A stretch of 64,000 bases of DNA from Stylophora pistillata (lineage: Eukaryota): assembly GCF_002571385.2 (NCBI RefSeq), contig NW_019217850.1:294283-358282 (forward strand), given 5' to 3'. The notes below the pieces were generated by a model. That model worked only from the letters and a program-made list of their open reading frames with translations. It did not search any database and was not told the origin of the DNA. The translations under genes and the position numbers were made by a program. How positions within the stretch are numbered: the stretch's first letter is position 1; every line of letters starts with the position of its first letter. Positions 51,024-64,000 of this stretch are shown here, in pieces.

Positions 51024-51351
51024 TTCTTCTGTCAGAGTGTTGTTTCAATTCATATCGTATTTTGACTGTAATTTATGCATATCCAAAGAATCGAAACGTT
51101 TCATTTTGTGCTAGACTTGACAGGAGACTAAAGACGTAAGCGTAATTGTCAGTAATGAAGTTGGGCTTCATTGAAGCGCGACTCATTTAGTTGTCAAGGG
51201 CAATTAACTCGAATCCCGTTAAGACGTTTTTCAGTTCAAGCCAGCGAGTGTTTTCGTTCAGTCCTGAAAAAAAAAGATTGCTTTGGAAAGTGTATTAGTG
51301 CCGGGCTTTTTGTAATCCCTACCGAGCGAATCCTCGTGTCTCAAACGTCTA

Positions 51352-51600
51352 ATAGACCCATTTCAGATGTGACGTCATGACACGTGATCTCGCGAACTGG
51401 TGGACAACTTCAAGTTTGTTTACAAATGGCGTCACAAGGCACTACAAAGCGAGGGTTTTTACCCGGGTATTTCAGGGCTTGCAGTTGAAAGACGCTAAGG
51501 AAAGGTATTTAGAGCAGTTGAAAGATATTGACGGAGAAGATCCTTACAAAATTGCGCGAAACGAGTGGATAAATGATGTAGATAATATCAATCAAAATAT
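51352..51600 (+). mobile_element. DNA-transposon remnant (terminus + truncated accessory ORF)
   Basis: TAATAGACCCATTTC..GTGACGTCA terminus-like start; peptide KERYLEQLKDIDGEDPYKIARNEW resembles the N-terminus of transposon-associated SWIM/YqaJ-type proteins (from memory, unverified). Confidence 0.45.
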
Positions 51601-54600
51601 AAGCGATATCGCAAAAGAATTCGATACGATATACCGGGGTTGGAGAGAAGAGTTTTATGTCTTAAAAAAACTGCCACTGTAAATATTTAGGCGTTCTGGT
51701 TTATCATAGAATGCACAAAATTGATCTTTAACAGAGCCATCCAATGGAATGAGAAAGATATATGTGTATTTTGCGGTGAAGTTTTCACGAACTTTTGCGA
51801 ACCCATGATAATTACGTACTTGAAATTCTTGTGGTTGAGGTCAGGAAGGGTTTGACCATTCGTATGGGTGGACGAAGTGTATTTTGCAGATGTTTTGACT
51901 GAGACTATTTCCAAAATAACTACGCGAAATGAATGATCAGGAAAAAGAAACTGAGTAAAGGGCACGAATTTCGATATTGCCAAAACTACCAGTAAAATCA
52001 CTTGCACGGATACGTATCAAGATGTTTACCAAATATCATATATATATATAAATTGTAATTATTTCACTAGCTATTTGTGAGCTTGGATAGTTCATGTTAT
52101 TTTAGGTGATTCCTAAATGATTTTCGTTAACACAGGCACGGTAATTGCCAGAAGGGCGATGATATTTGGAGGACTAGCTGGTGGCACTTGAAAAAATCTT
52201 GTCAGGTCGTACAAAATAAGATAACCTTGACGAAAAGTCAGACCTTCCCGAGGCCTTTCGAATTTCATAAAGACAGCTCTTAGACTAATCCATCCAGCCG
52301 AAACCTGTTCCCGCTTTTGTCTCATCCGTTTGGGCGTTTTTGACAATTTTAGGAACAATGAACCAACAATGCACTCTTGTAAATGGGGAATCTTATGCAA
52401 AAATAGAACAGTTGACGTTGATTCAAAATTTTTACAATTCTTAATCGATTCACATGCGGGAGTTTTGGCTACAAACAGTCCACGTCCGGAAGCAAATCCT
52501 GAAACGGATAACATTTTCTGATGGAGGAGAAACTACGGAATCAGTAGCACTTTCGATTCTTGTCACGTTTGTATTTCAAACGATGAATATGCATAAATTT
52601 TTAGCTTAAGAGTCTCCATGAACAGGAAACGATTCTTAAACGGATAGCATGTACTTGGGACTGAAGGATACTTGTGAAATTCGTCTTGCACTTTCGGTTC
52701 CTGTCACGTTTGATATTTCAAACAGATAGTAGCGCTTTCAGGAACAGCCACTTACCTGCGGTCTGCGAAAGCCTACAAGTCATTAATCAGTACTATTTTT
52801 AAGACTTCTGTGGCCCCTTTTGCAGTCACGGCCGCCTGATCGTCCATCTTCATCTACGGAAAAAATGCTCGAAGAAAGCATGAAAATGTGAAAAAAAAAT
52901 TTGCAAAGAAGAGGTTGCAAAATGACGAAACGTGGACGGAAAACACTTCGTTTTGGATCAGGTTGAATATAGTCATCTTTTGTGGAACGGCTCTCGTGTT
53001 TTGCTTCGACAGCAACTTGACAAATTTAGTTTTTAAGATTTAAAAAGTAATTTTTAGCGATTGTTTGAAAAGATTAGCTTATGTTAACGTTAACTAGTGC
53101 TATTAAGCAATCGATTCAAACTTTTCTAACGAAAAAATGTGTTAAAGAGTTAGATCGAAGGAAAAAAGAAATAAAGTTTTTGAGACGTCATAAGTTATTA
53201 GCAATTGACAAGCAAACGCGAAACAAACTCGCAAATTAACTTTACTAACTTCGGATTTGAGAGTTATTCCTCAAACTCTGTCGGCAGTTATCTACGAGAA
53301 AAAGAAAACGAAAGACAAAAACATTAATTATAAAATAACAGACCAGTGAGGTTAGTAAATCCACTTCCGGCTTCCGGTCTGCTATTTTCGATGTTTACAA
53401 AAGATGAAAACATGTCTCTTCATTGACACATCGCGACCTTCCTCCCACTAACGCACAAGCTCAATAATCAATGTTTACTATTATCAATAATCAGCATTCT
53501 AACTATACCTTTATTAGCGGATGGTAAAAATTGCCTGCAAAGGAAGTAGTTTACTGCCTTTTTTTCAATAAGCATAATACACAAGTAAAGAAATCATTCC
53601 CCCTCGCGCGAGAGCTGCGATTAACGAAACTGCGGAAAAGAAGTAAGCTTGGATAAATTCAAGCTTCGACGAGACTCAAACACACGCTTCCCAGATACTA
53701 CATTTGGCTGGGTGCCTCAACCAAATGAGCTTCAAAGTCACCTTTTGGGAGCGAGACAAAGTTTGGAAGGCTTTCTCTCTTGTAAAAGAATCTATCTCAA
53801 ATATTAAATAAAATAAATAATATTTTGACTCGTGGATGATGACTCTTATTTTTGGGTGGAAAACACTTCCAATCATTCGGAATAGTAATCTTGATTGTAC
53901 AGTTTGTTTTATCAGAGAAATGATATGTCGTAGCCATATTTTAAAACTAGGTTTTCTCCCTTCTCCTAACTTTCTATTCATAGCTTTTTCAATATCGAGT
54001 TTGCTGTAGCGTCTTCCCAACCTTTTTGCATCGTTACCTCCATTTCGGCCCCATTTTCTCGCATCTCCTCACCAAAAATCACAGAATTTGGTCCCACTAT
54101 TTCTCACGAGAACCGAAATGAACTTCAAAGTTAGCGGTAGACGATGCTAACAAGCTCTTCGGAGCTTTTAAAATACCAGATCTCAAAGTTTAAAGCGAAC
54201 AGAGTTAATTCATGAAGTGATGAAGAACTCAAGTCGAACAATCCTCCAAATTGAAACAAAGTGCAGATACAAATTTATTTGCAATGTTGCTGATCACTTG
54301 AGAAATTATGACACAAAAGTGTTACCAAACCTCTTAAAAAATGAAGTGCACTGAACTATCCAATGCACGTCCGGGTATTATTGGAATCAACCCTCTATCC
54401 AAACTATTTTCATCGAAGCTCATCCCTTCAATTTTTTCGATTACATTGAGCTTTGGACAATTGACAATGGCAGTTGAGCTTCAACTGATCGAGGTTTTGC
54501 CATGGCTATCAGAGTGCTAGTACCCACGAGGAGCGAACTGTTTCAATATAGATCATGGATGATGTTGTTTAAGATGGAGTTTTTATACTCAACTTTTTCA

Positions 54601-54971
54601 TGCGAGAATTTGGAAGTATATTGACCCAAGATCCTTCTTCTGGAATTAAATTTTATTGCTTTAAATTGGGGTGATGGTAAAGGTAAAGCTGTTGCTTTGC
54701 CGGGTGAAGTAAACGTTGTGACCAGGAGATACAAAAAACGATAGAGTTATTTTTCAAAAGCAACTTTTTATACAAATTTCCTTTTATCTACATTCAATGT
54801 TATTTACACATTTCAAGTAAGCTCATTTTCTATGTACAAAGAAATGTTTTACCACGGTTACCATAACTGGTCCCCTTGTTTTCATTCCTTTTTGCTACAA
54901 GAGAAGGACTATGGCATTGAATTTCTAAACAAATGACAGAATTTGTGAGAGCATTCCAGAACATGCTGTTT

Positions 54972-57371
54972 TTACATGGTGCGCTGAATAACTGAAACTG
55001 GTATTGACGTATTATAAAGTGTGGGCTGAATCGGTTTAAAACCCAAGGGAATTGACGTCAACGGATCCACGTAGGGAACCACAACCCTGCTTCTGCCAAT
55101 AAAAACTGCTGGTGGTTTGAGAAGTGAGGAGCCTGGATACCACAACATCGGTCTGGCAGGAACGGGCACAGCTGGCCATGACCAATCTTTTCTGAGTGGA
55201 GTAATGACGGGGTTGATGGGACTTGATGGACTTGGGGGAAGAAAGGCTGAAGGTACAGGCGAAGGCACAGTGATTTTCTGAGGAGATGGTGCTTGATATT
55301 GTTCTTGGTCGATACTTGTATTTATCTTTTTTAATTGATGTGGAGATCTTGTTACACCAGGCTCGTATCGATAGGGAAGTTTGTGAAACTTATACACCAA
55401 CCTTTGACCACGAACCTAAAAAAGTTAAAGAAACAACTGATCAGTAATGCGCCTCTAGAGGATTATTTCTCTTCCTATGGTTTCCCACCACTAATTTCTT
55501 TAACTACTATCCACGAGTAAAGAGAATTTGTCATTCAATTTTTTTGTGTGCGTTCAGTCTATCTGCTGAGCCAGTTACGTCTGAAATCATGGTCGATTAT
55601 TTCAAGTTCTCCATTTATGCGTCAAAATGACGTTAGCAGCTTCATATTAATATCGGGTTAGGCTATTTTGGGCCTGAGAGAGTACACCCCCTCAATACAA
55701 GCAAAGCAACGATTTTCAAACGCCAAATGTAAGTCAAATAATCATAAAGGATGGACTGCTTATTAAAGAAAATAACGCAATTGGCAAGAAGATAAACTTC
55801 TTGACTTCTTGTTACAGTTAAGTGTAACATTAACCATCCTCGATCTCAAGAAAATTCATAAATTTATCCTCTCATAGCATAAATAAAAAACGAGCGAAGC
55901 CTCAATTTTTTGGAAATTTGAAACCTTCAGATGCTATTAAAAAGCAAGCGACAAAGATATTTTGAATCACTATTTTTAGTCAACACAAAAGTGTTTTTCC
56001 TGTTTGAAAAGTGTTATTCCTGATTGAATGGCGTGGGCGATTTTTAAACGCAATCAACCTTGCTAAAGAATGTTCGAACAAGCCGTCTGTGTGAAACTTC
56101 TTAAAATAAATTTAGTGTCCACTCCCTTTCTGCCATTGTTTTGATTGTAGCGAATGAAGTCTTTGGCACTATGTCAATTCCTTGCCGTGTATTATTTACG
56201 TCATACTAAACATACATGCTCCCACGTTCTTACTTAACTCTAGGCAACCTCTCCTGATCAATGCTTGAAGTTAGCATCCACTGATTATGTTCTGGAATTT
56301 ACAAATTTCTCGAGTCTTGCTATTCTTAATAAGTCAAGACATACTGTGTTCTATGGCGCCCCGTGTATTGCTTCAAAGTTTGAAAATCGCTTATGACGAT
56401 AAGATATAACATAGTGTGCTAAGGATCCCTGAACTCACCTTTTTGATAATTCCTTGTTGGTAGTAGTATCTTAAGGCTCGGCTGAGTTTTTCGTAGTTCA
56501 TCCCTGTCTTGCCTTTAAGCCGTCCCCACCTTTTAGCGACCTCATCAGGATTGTTCAGTTTAAACTCCCTGTGGTCTTTCCTACTCCAGCAAATGATCCC
56601 TTTACAGCTATCGCTCGCCAACAGCTCCAAAAGAAACTCCCACAAGTGGACAATGTTTTTGTAACGAGGTTCTTTGGCGACTGAGGTCATCAGTTCGGAC
56701 TTCTGAAGATCTGCTTGGTTCAAACGCTCTTCGGTGAAGGCTTTTAGTTGTTTCTCCATCGTCTGATCTACTGATTGCAATGAAATGAAAAGAAGGGAAC
56801 GTTAAATTAAGTTCATTATATAGTTGGTGCAATAGTTTATTGACATTGTCCATAAAGACCGAGGTAACTATATTTTTCCCTCTATGAGCGAGAGGGTAAT
56901 GATCCATCTTGGATAATTTAACAATTTATCATTTTGCAACTTAAAATGCGTCTTTATCTCTGCTACCCTCAATCGCTTCTGCTTGCTTTCGCTTCACTCG
57001 CCTTTTGCAACTTGATTACATTCGGACATAGGTTAAACAAAGGTTTTATCGATGAAAGTTTTATTCTGTTCAAAGCTATTTCTCTTTGACGCCCAGAATA
57101 AATGAAAATATTGTAATTAACTCTTCCAAGTTTGCATGATTTAGAAATTGTTTTCTGATTGTTAAAATTGCTCTATTTTCATTTTGAGCAGCCAGCCTCT
57201 CTGAGTCCTTAATTGGAAACTGAGAGATCTACACGCTTCCGAACCTGCACCCTGGAATTTTTATAAAGAACATAAGCTATAATACATGAGCTGAGCAAGC
57301 CTGTTGCAAACAAAAATTAAAACAAAATTAGTTTTACCATGGTTTTCACGCTCCATTGTCGACATAACCAT
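54972..57371 (-). CDS. ETS-A: ETS-domain transcription factor, 269 aa; exons 57371-57338, 56770-56439, 55415-54972
   Basis: HLWEFLLELL..W..EFKL..PDEVAKRWG..MNYEKLSRALRYYY..IIKK|VRGQRLVYKF; Pro-rich C-terminal tail; GT-AG junctions join in frame. Confidence 0.93.
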
Positions 57372-57487
57372 TCTTTCTTCTCAACTTTTGACCAGCTTTG
57401 CTAATGTTCAGCTATGAGATGAATTTCTCCTTGTTTCAACCTCAAATTGGCTGTGTTCGACCGTTTGATCAAGCTTCAATACAGGAA

Positions 57488-57530
57488 TATTTATATCAGA
57501 ATATCAGCAACAGGAAGTGCTTAAATTAGC
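57488..57530 (-). promoter_or_regulatory. ETS-A core promoter: TATAAATA (57495-57488) and ETS site ACAGGAAGTG (57510-57519)
   Basis: Consensus TATA box ~117 nt upstream of the ATG; consensus GGAA site immediately upstream of it. Confidence 0.6.
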
Positions 57531-59238
57531 GATTAACTATTCTCTTCCATTTGCGTAATAGCATACGTGAGGTGAGTGAAGGTCACGCAATTACGCACTT
57601 CACTGCTAGTTACATAACAAAACACTTGGAAGGCTTCGCGCTTCAAACAAGGATTCTATGAATTTTTCAAACATAAAAAAATACAATTTTAAGCACAGGG
57701 CTGCATCGTTCGACAACTTCACCGGCCTCGCGTGATCAATTTATTTTGCGAGAAAAAAAATTGCTTGCAGAGCTATCAATGTTTGAGCGCTTTGTGTCGA
57801 GTAAGTTAAGGTTTTCGCAAGATAAAAATTGTCTCATAGAGCTTAGAAATAGCTCAAGAGCACGGATTCAAGGCTAGTAGTGTACTTTAGTTGGAATGAT
57901 AAGTTAGGACTCGTATATCTCTTGCGTGATCAGCTCAAGCTGCGAGGAATTATTTTATTTCATTACGAATGCTTTACTTTCTTTAGAATCAAAAATATTC
58001 ATCCACTCTGATGTCCAGCGGCGCATTACGTTTATAACAAATTATTCTTGATTTTAAAACCGATAAAACTTAGACAGCGATTTCGATTGTTTTGTTTTGT
58101 CGCTTAACACCATTGCGTGACCAATAGAGGAACTTCAAACTGCAGACACCGGAAACAGGAACAACTCCATTTTCAAATGTCTTCCGGGCTTATAAAATTT
58201 TAGTTACACAAACATTTTTGCAGCTTGTAAATTGTAGCATGTTCAAAACTAAACAAAATAGTTTTTTCCATAAGATATACTTTAAGACTTAAGAGCACAG
58301 AATGTGTATTTCCTTTTTTTTTTTCGCGTACAATGGTCAACCATGCTACGTACGTAGCAATTCAGTCACGTCACGCCATTCATTGCAATTGTTTTGAGAC
58401 TGTCGTCAGAAATACTTCAGATTCCATCCTCAACCTTATCCCACCCACACGAATTTTTGAATGGAAAAAAGAAAGCAGTTTGGACAAGGGCCATTGCTTA
58501 TTCGATGATATGGGGCTTAAATCAATTCCGCAAAAATAATGGACCTTTAGTCTCGATCCGATCAGCAGAATCAAATTTGTCGTCGGAGAACATTTCATAT
58601 CGAGACATGCGTTAAGGACGACTGCGTGTAATAGCAGTCAGAGAAGTTCATAATGAAGTTAAGTTGGGATGGGGCTTTGAGGTTAAAGGCCTTCGAATTG
58701 GAACAGCTCATACCATTCCCACTTCCAGTCTGTTTTTTTGTTGTTGACCACAATTGGGAAGTCACAGTTTATCTCGTCTCTGTAAGAGTTTGGGGAAGTG
58801 GATGAATAACGGAACTTTTTGTCTTGACGGGTGTTCGTCATGGTAACACACATTATCGCATTAACCCGCGTGACGCAGTACTTACTGTGTTTCATAAAGG
58901 TGTCAGCTGTCTTAAACAGGGGGCCTTTAATAGCAACGACAACTTTAATTGCAGATGGCTAGTTGATGTAAGCCAACAAAAAACTATTAAAGTTACCGGG
59001 TTGTTTGCAATCCTGGTTATAGTCTGGAACTAGATGGTGCAAGATTTATGTTCCATGTCGAGTGTGTGTTCCTAAATCCAAGTTTGCATTCAAGCATTGC
59101 TTTTGAATCAGATCAAAATGGCTTTCTTAGTTTAAAGCTTAAGTTTCCCGAACGAATTCATGTTAAAAGCAGGAGTGATCTCTGTGTATACATGGGGTAA
59201 ACTGTAAACTTGGTGAACTATTTAATATGACATCTATT

Positions 59239-59383
59239 ACAATGAATATATATGAAGTTCATATATTTTGAACTGCGGTATTAAATACGTATGATGCACG
59301 ATCCTTCGCAGTAGATAGCGCTATTTATGCAATAGCTATTGCATAAATAGCGCTATCTACTGCGAAGGATCGTGCATCATACG
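59239..59383 (-). mobile_element. tRNA-SINE 3' fragment with inverted duplication (perfect palindrome 59285-59386)
   Basis: SINE body and tail match the 4109 and 16609 copies; 13-bp direct repeat TATGACATCTATT (59226-59238, 59384-59396). Confidence 0.85.
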
Positions 59384-59597
59384 TATGACATCTATTGTGA
59401 AATCTTCACAATAGAGGCCGGTTTTCTTTGATATTCCAAAGAAGTAATGAACGACACCTGATTCATCTGTAATTAGCATGATGTTAAAATTCTAGAACAC
59501 ATGTTAGGCTATAAAAATGCGTTACTTCATCAAGTGAGAGCGCTCAACAGGAAACGCATGACCTTCAAATGGTCGAATTAACATCAAAACAAAGCAC

Positions 59598-59620
59598 TAC
59601 TTCCTGTTCCTCTTTATACT
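59598..59620 (+). promoter_or_regulatory. Putative ETS-B core promoter (ETS site TACTTCCTGT + weak TATA-like TTTATA)
   Basis: Same motif and orientation relative to transcription as in ETS-A and ETS-C. Confidence 0.45.
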
Positions 59621-59676
59621 GATGGGAACTGGAACTACGATCAACCCAACTTCCAGGAGAAGAAGCAAAAAAATGA

Positions 59677-62600
59677 ATGAAGGATATCCGTGCTGATATC
59701 TCCGCGAAGACGAGAATATTATATCAGTTGAATAAGTTTAAGCTGCAGGACACATTTCATCTCTCAGTAACCTCAACATCCCAAGGTATGATGTAGCACT
59801 TCTTGCGCAACGAATGTATATTGATATGAATGACTATTGTACTCTTTTATGGGGGTGGTAGCATAGCTGGGAAATATTTGAAAATCTAAATGTTTATAAG
59901 TTATCAAAGTGCACTGATCGATCCGGACAGCGCATTATAGATGTAATAGGTAAGTCTTTAGACTGCTTAGCAGAGCTGTAACTAATCATAATGTTGAGGC
60001 ACATGATTTCAGCCTTTTTCCTATGGAAACTGAGTTAAGGTGTTTACCTTAAAAGTCCGATAAACAGTCAAATCGTTTGACCCGTTCTTTGCATAATAAC
60101 CTCAGGCAGCCTGAAATATTTGAAAAAAGTTAATGCATGAAATTTGACCAATTACCGTGCTTATAAGGGAAATCGTTATTATTTTTAGTCGACCTTTGAG
60201 CTTAAGAGACTTGCGAATATTTGTCAATGATGTGAGAGCAGGGCATCCTGCTTCTCTTAGCGCATGATGGGTATACTTCGCAAGCCAAATTATATTCTCT
60301 CGTGCGTTCTTTGCGCGAAATATTTAGTCCTTATAGGGAATCGTCTTTCTTTATTTCATCACCGAGCTTAGATATTTAACATCTTTCTTATTCTGCATGT
60401 ATTTACGACATTGCTTATCGTAGTTGTATTCAGGAAGGTGTCATTTATGAAGATCATAGTAAAACCAAGCCACCATAGAGTTCTCTGTAGCTACACTTAG
60501 CTGAGGATCTAGGATCGTGCATAAATACACTTAACAGAGTACCGGAGTTCGGAGTTTGACGGGATAGACTTTCAATTTCTCATGGGGACTCAGATTTATT
60601 TCCCTTATCTTATGTCCGAGACAAGACGATGAAAATACATCTATCTTTAATTAAGAATTTATTGTGGACGTCAAGAGTTAACCAGAAAATCTTTTCAGTA
60701 TTACCATAAAATCGTCTCCTTAATCTAAGGCCTGCTCGCTTATCCGGGTTTGTGTCAGAAGACCGTGCAGTCAATTAAATGTATCACAAACTTTACTTTA
60801 ATGCGGTTGACGTTTACCCTTCTTATTAAAATTTTGTCTTACAATACGATTGCCGGTGCTCCTGTCGGCTGAAAAACTGTTTTTTCTGTATTGCTGTTCT
60901 CAATTTCGGAAGGATGTACCTTTAAGGATGTGCCTTTCAGCGTTCAAGATCTGTCCATTAAAGGCAATGTTTTGAATATGAATCAGTAAGAAACAGATCT
61001 TGTCAAGCGGCCGGCTTCATACGAGTATGAAACAGGCTTCCTAAAACAGGACGATTTGTTATTGAACGAATCACGTTTCAGCTAGGGAGTGAACAGCGAT
61101 AGAGATCGGTAGAGCTAAGTAATGCTGGGAATGCGGAGAAAGGTCAACAAAAAATGAAGGGACTACACCCTTATCTTCGCCTGGTTGATTTTAACATGGA
61201 GGACAACGCTAATCGCTGAGGGAAAACTTTCGTCAAAGAAACTCCGGGAGAACCTGTGTAGTTTTAGATATGTTTACTGTTGGTCGTGCACTCTGCCGTG
61301 TGCTGTGTTATTTTCCATACGGACCCTTCGATACTGTGTATCAGTTAATCACTGGAAAATTCGTTATTTTCTGAGCTAGAGGGCATTTACTCAATTTATT
61401 CCATGTGGTTAGGCCGAGGAAACAATTATTAGAAATGGTCAATCATAAAAAACAAGGGTACTAAACTGAACGTAAATTGTCAATGGTCTCCTCTTTCTAG
61501 TCTTGATAAAATATTTCTCACTCATTTTTGCTCACTTTTTAAAAACAAATAGGTGATCGTAGTCACGCTAAACGCATCAGAGGTTTCACTTTTGTTGCTG
61601 AGAATATTTTAAGGGAAATATGATTCTCTACAAATGTTCCATTTTCACAGCGACAGTATATGGCTGCGTCAGTTACTGACGCCAGAAAAAAATTTCGGTT
61701 TCCAACTGGTTGGAAAGTGATTAACGAGTCGAGATTTGATTCTGACTGCTGTGATTAAAAAATGAAACGGGTCGTCGTAATTTTTTTTTGTTCAGAACTG
61801 AAATTTCCTATCAAAGTTGCGGTCTCTGCTGATGATTTTAACGTAGATCCAGAGCCGGAATATAGAGGTAAAATCATGTAGCCACCTGACTTTCTTTTGC
61901 TAAAAATGTGATTACCGTTCTAAATTTGTGGATGGCAGTGACCGCAATAGTTGATTGCCATTGGCCATGTGAAAGTTAGCGCGATTTTAAATACTATATT
62001 CAAGCCATCTCACTACCACGATTCAGCAAATGCACGATTTGTCAAAGCGTTAAGTCATGTTTAGCGAGTCACGTTGGGAAAATTAATGAACCGTCACAGT
62101 TACCAGGTACTCCTATCAGGGCCAAACCCACCGGTACAAACGAAAGACTTGAGCCCTCCAAATGTTATAGCGGTTTTTTAATCACACGACTTTCTTGTCC
62201 TAATAGTTGATGTTGCAATGAGCGAAGCTTCAAAACGTCTCTCCGAGGAAGGGCAAAGTTTAAATTCGATTGTGTCTGCCATGGATTCCGAGAACGCCGA
62301 GCCTCGTTACAAGAACATCGTCCACTTGTGGGAGTTTCTTTACGAGTTGCTTGCCAGTGGTGACAAGTGCAGCTCGATCATAGCCTGGATCAGAGAGGAA
62401 CATGGAGAGTTTAAACTAAAGAACAAAGAAGAAGTCGCCAAAAGGTGGGGTGCTTATAAGAAGATAAAAGGAATGAACTACGAGAAACTCAGCAGGGCTC
62501 TTCGACATTATTATCCAAAAGGAATTATTAAAAAGGTGAGCCTTATACACGAGACTGACATCAATTTCTGTTTCGTTGTTGTCCATTTTTGTAGGGTGAG

Positions 62601-64000
62601 TATGGCAATGATCAAAGTTCAGTTGTCTTGAATAAACTCATAGGATATAGGAAAAATTTATTCGAAGGCGAAGAGAGTAAACGCATAAAATTCCCGAAGT
62701 TAAATCTCTTAATTTTGTACCAGGCGGTGTCCTATCTTATCCACAACTCGAAAACAACAATCTCAGTGAGAACATGTGAAAAAAGTCGTCAATGATTATT
62801 TCCCCAATCTTCTCGTCCACTTTGTTTTAAGTTTCCTTCCTTTTGATAATGGACGCATGCAGTAACATAATTTCGAAACAAACTTATGTGGGTACGGACA
62901 ATAAGGCTGCTCGACTAACCTCAATATTTTCGCTAATGAACATGTTTTTTTTTATCCGTCAAATTAGCATGATACAGGTGCCCAAGCAATCAAGGGACAT
63001 TGTCGATAGCATTAAAGAATCGAAAGTGAAAGAGAAAACCACGTTCGAGTGAACAATTACGTCAAAATAGCCCCGAGACTCAGAAAAAAAAAAAAAGCCT
63101 GTGTTATGCATCTTTGAGTACAGGAGTATATTTCACCTAATTTCACCTAATTTCAATTACAATAAAACAAAACAAAATTCAAAGCAGCACTTTAATGCCG
63201 CAGCACTTAAATGCAATCTCATCTACTCAATCTCAAGACTTGACATGTATTCCCAAAGCTTTACCTGCTGACCAATTATAACCGACTGGTTCAGGATATG
63301 CAAATTATTATGCTGCCCGCTGATTAAATGGGCACTACAAGTACATGTCGCGAAAGACAGTAGCATTCTGGGAGATGTATACTTAACTTGGCGATGTTTA
63401 GATCACAAACGTCTACCGCACCCAGAGAACATCGATGAATAACATGTAGAATCAATAAAACATTTCGTTTTCTCATGAAATTACCGGTGAGTGTGCGTAC
63501 AGTTAAAAGGTTTGAGTGTAAAGGAACAGTTTTCAGTTACATCTTCCGGAGAGCAGCCTTAATCCCTCATTTATCTCGTTTGGTGATTTATCAATCTTAT
63601 CAAATAAACAAACAGCCAAGACGGCGTATTAAACTGTTCGTCGCGTGTGCCCAGGAAGTATTCAGGGTGAGACAACAGCGTTAAAAGCCCCAGCCAGGAT
63701 TTAGCCTTTTGAACGTTAGACAATTATAACAGGTCGCAGATTTCACTGCGCGATTTGAAATGAATTTTTATCGATTCTGCTATTGTTTTTTCGGAAACTC
63801 TCATGCCCGAGTAACTTTTATTTGGTAATGTATAAGTTTTAATTGTTCCTTTTTAATCGTTTTTTGTTTAGGTCGCGGGCCAGAGACTGGTGTATAAGTT
63901 TAACAAATTGCCATACAAGTATGAACCCGGCGTAACGAGATCTCTTTACCACGGAACCAGAATCAAGGCTTGCATCCAAGAACCAACGAAACCGAAAGAA
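59677..64000 (+). CDS. ETS-B: ETS-domain transcription factor, 3'-partial; exons 59677-59785, 62207-62535, 63872->64000
   Basis: EPRYKNIVHLWEFLYELL..MNYEKLSRALRHYY..IIKK|VAGQRLVYKFNKLPYKYEPGVTRS; intron phases 1 and 0 match ETS-A. The start could instead be the ATG at 62218. Confidence 0.92.

Noticed and set aside
52113-52521. Transposase fragment ORFs
   Set aside because: No recognisable catalytic motif; a profile search is needed.

Overview
AT-rich, intron-containing animal DNA. The repeat families and gene style suggest a stony coral or related cnidarian (inference, no database check). I reconstruct five genes by hand from GT-AG splice sites. (1) A complete 3-exon hedgehog gene (minus, 6131-8784) with unusual substitutions at the autocleavage junction and the Zn site. 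(2) A 5-coding-exon CCR4/nocturnin/Angel/PDE12-family EEP nuclease without an LRR (minus, 33964-38344). (3-5) A local cluster of three paralogous ETS genes: ETS-A (minus, 54972-57371) and ETS-B (plus, 59677->64000) are head-to-head, and a highly diverged 'pseudo-ETS' ETS-C (minus, 43316-47476) has lost the ETS hydrophobic core but keeps an open frame, splice sites, a promoter motif and a C-terminal motif. About 24 kb of gene-free DNA lies upstream of hedgehog. Mobile DNA includes Penelope-like fragments carrying minimal hammerhead ribozymes, three tRNA-SINE copies that all break at the same internal site (one forms a perfect 102-bp palindrome between ETS-A and ETS-B), and hAT-, Kolobok-, piggyBac-, P-like and unclassified MITEs and hairpin repeats.
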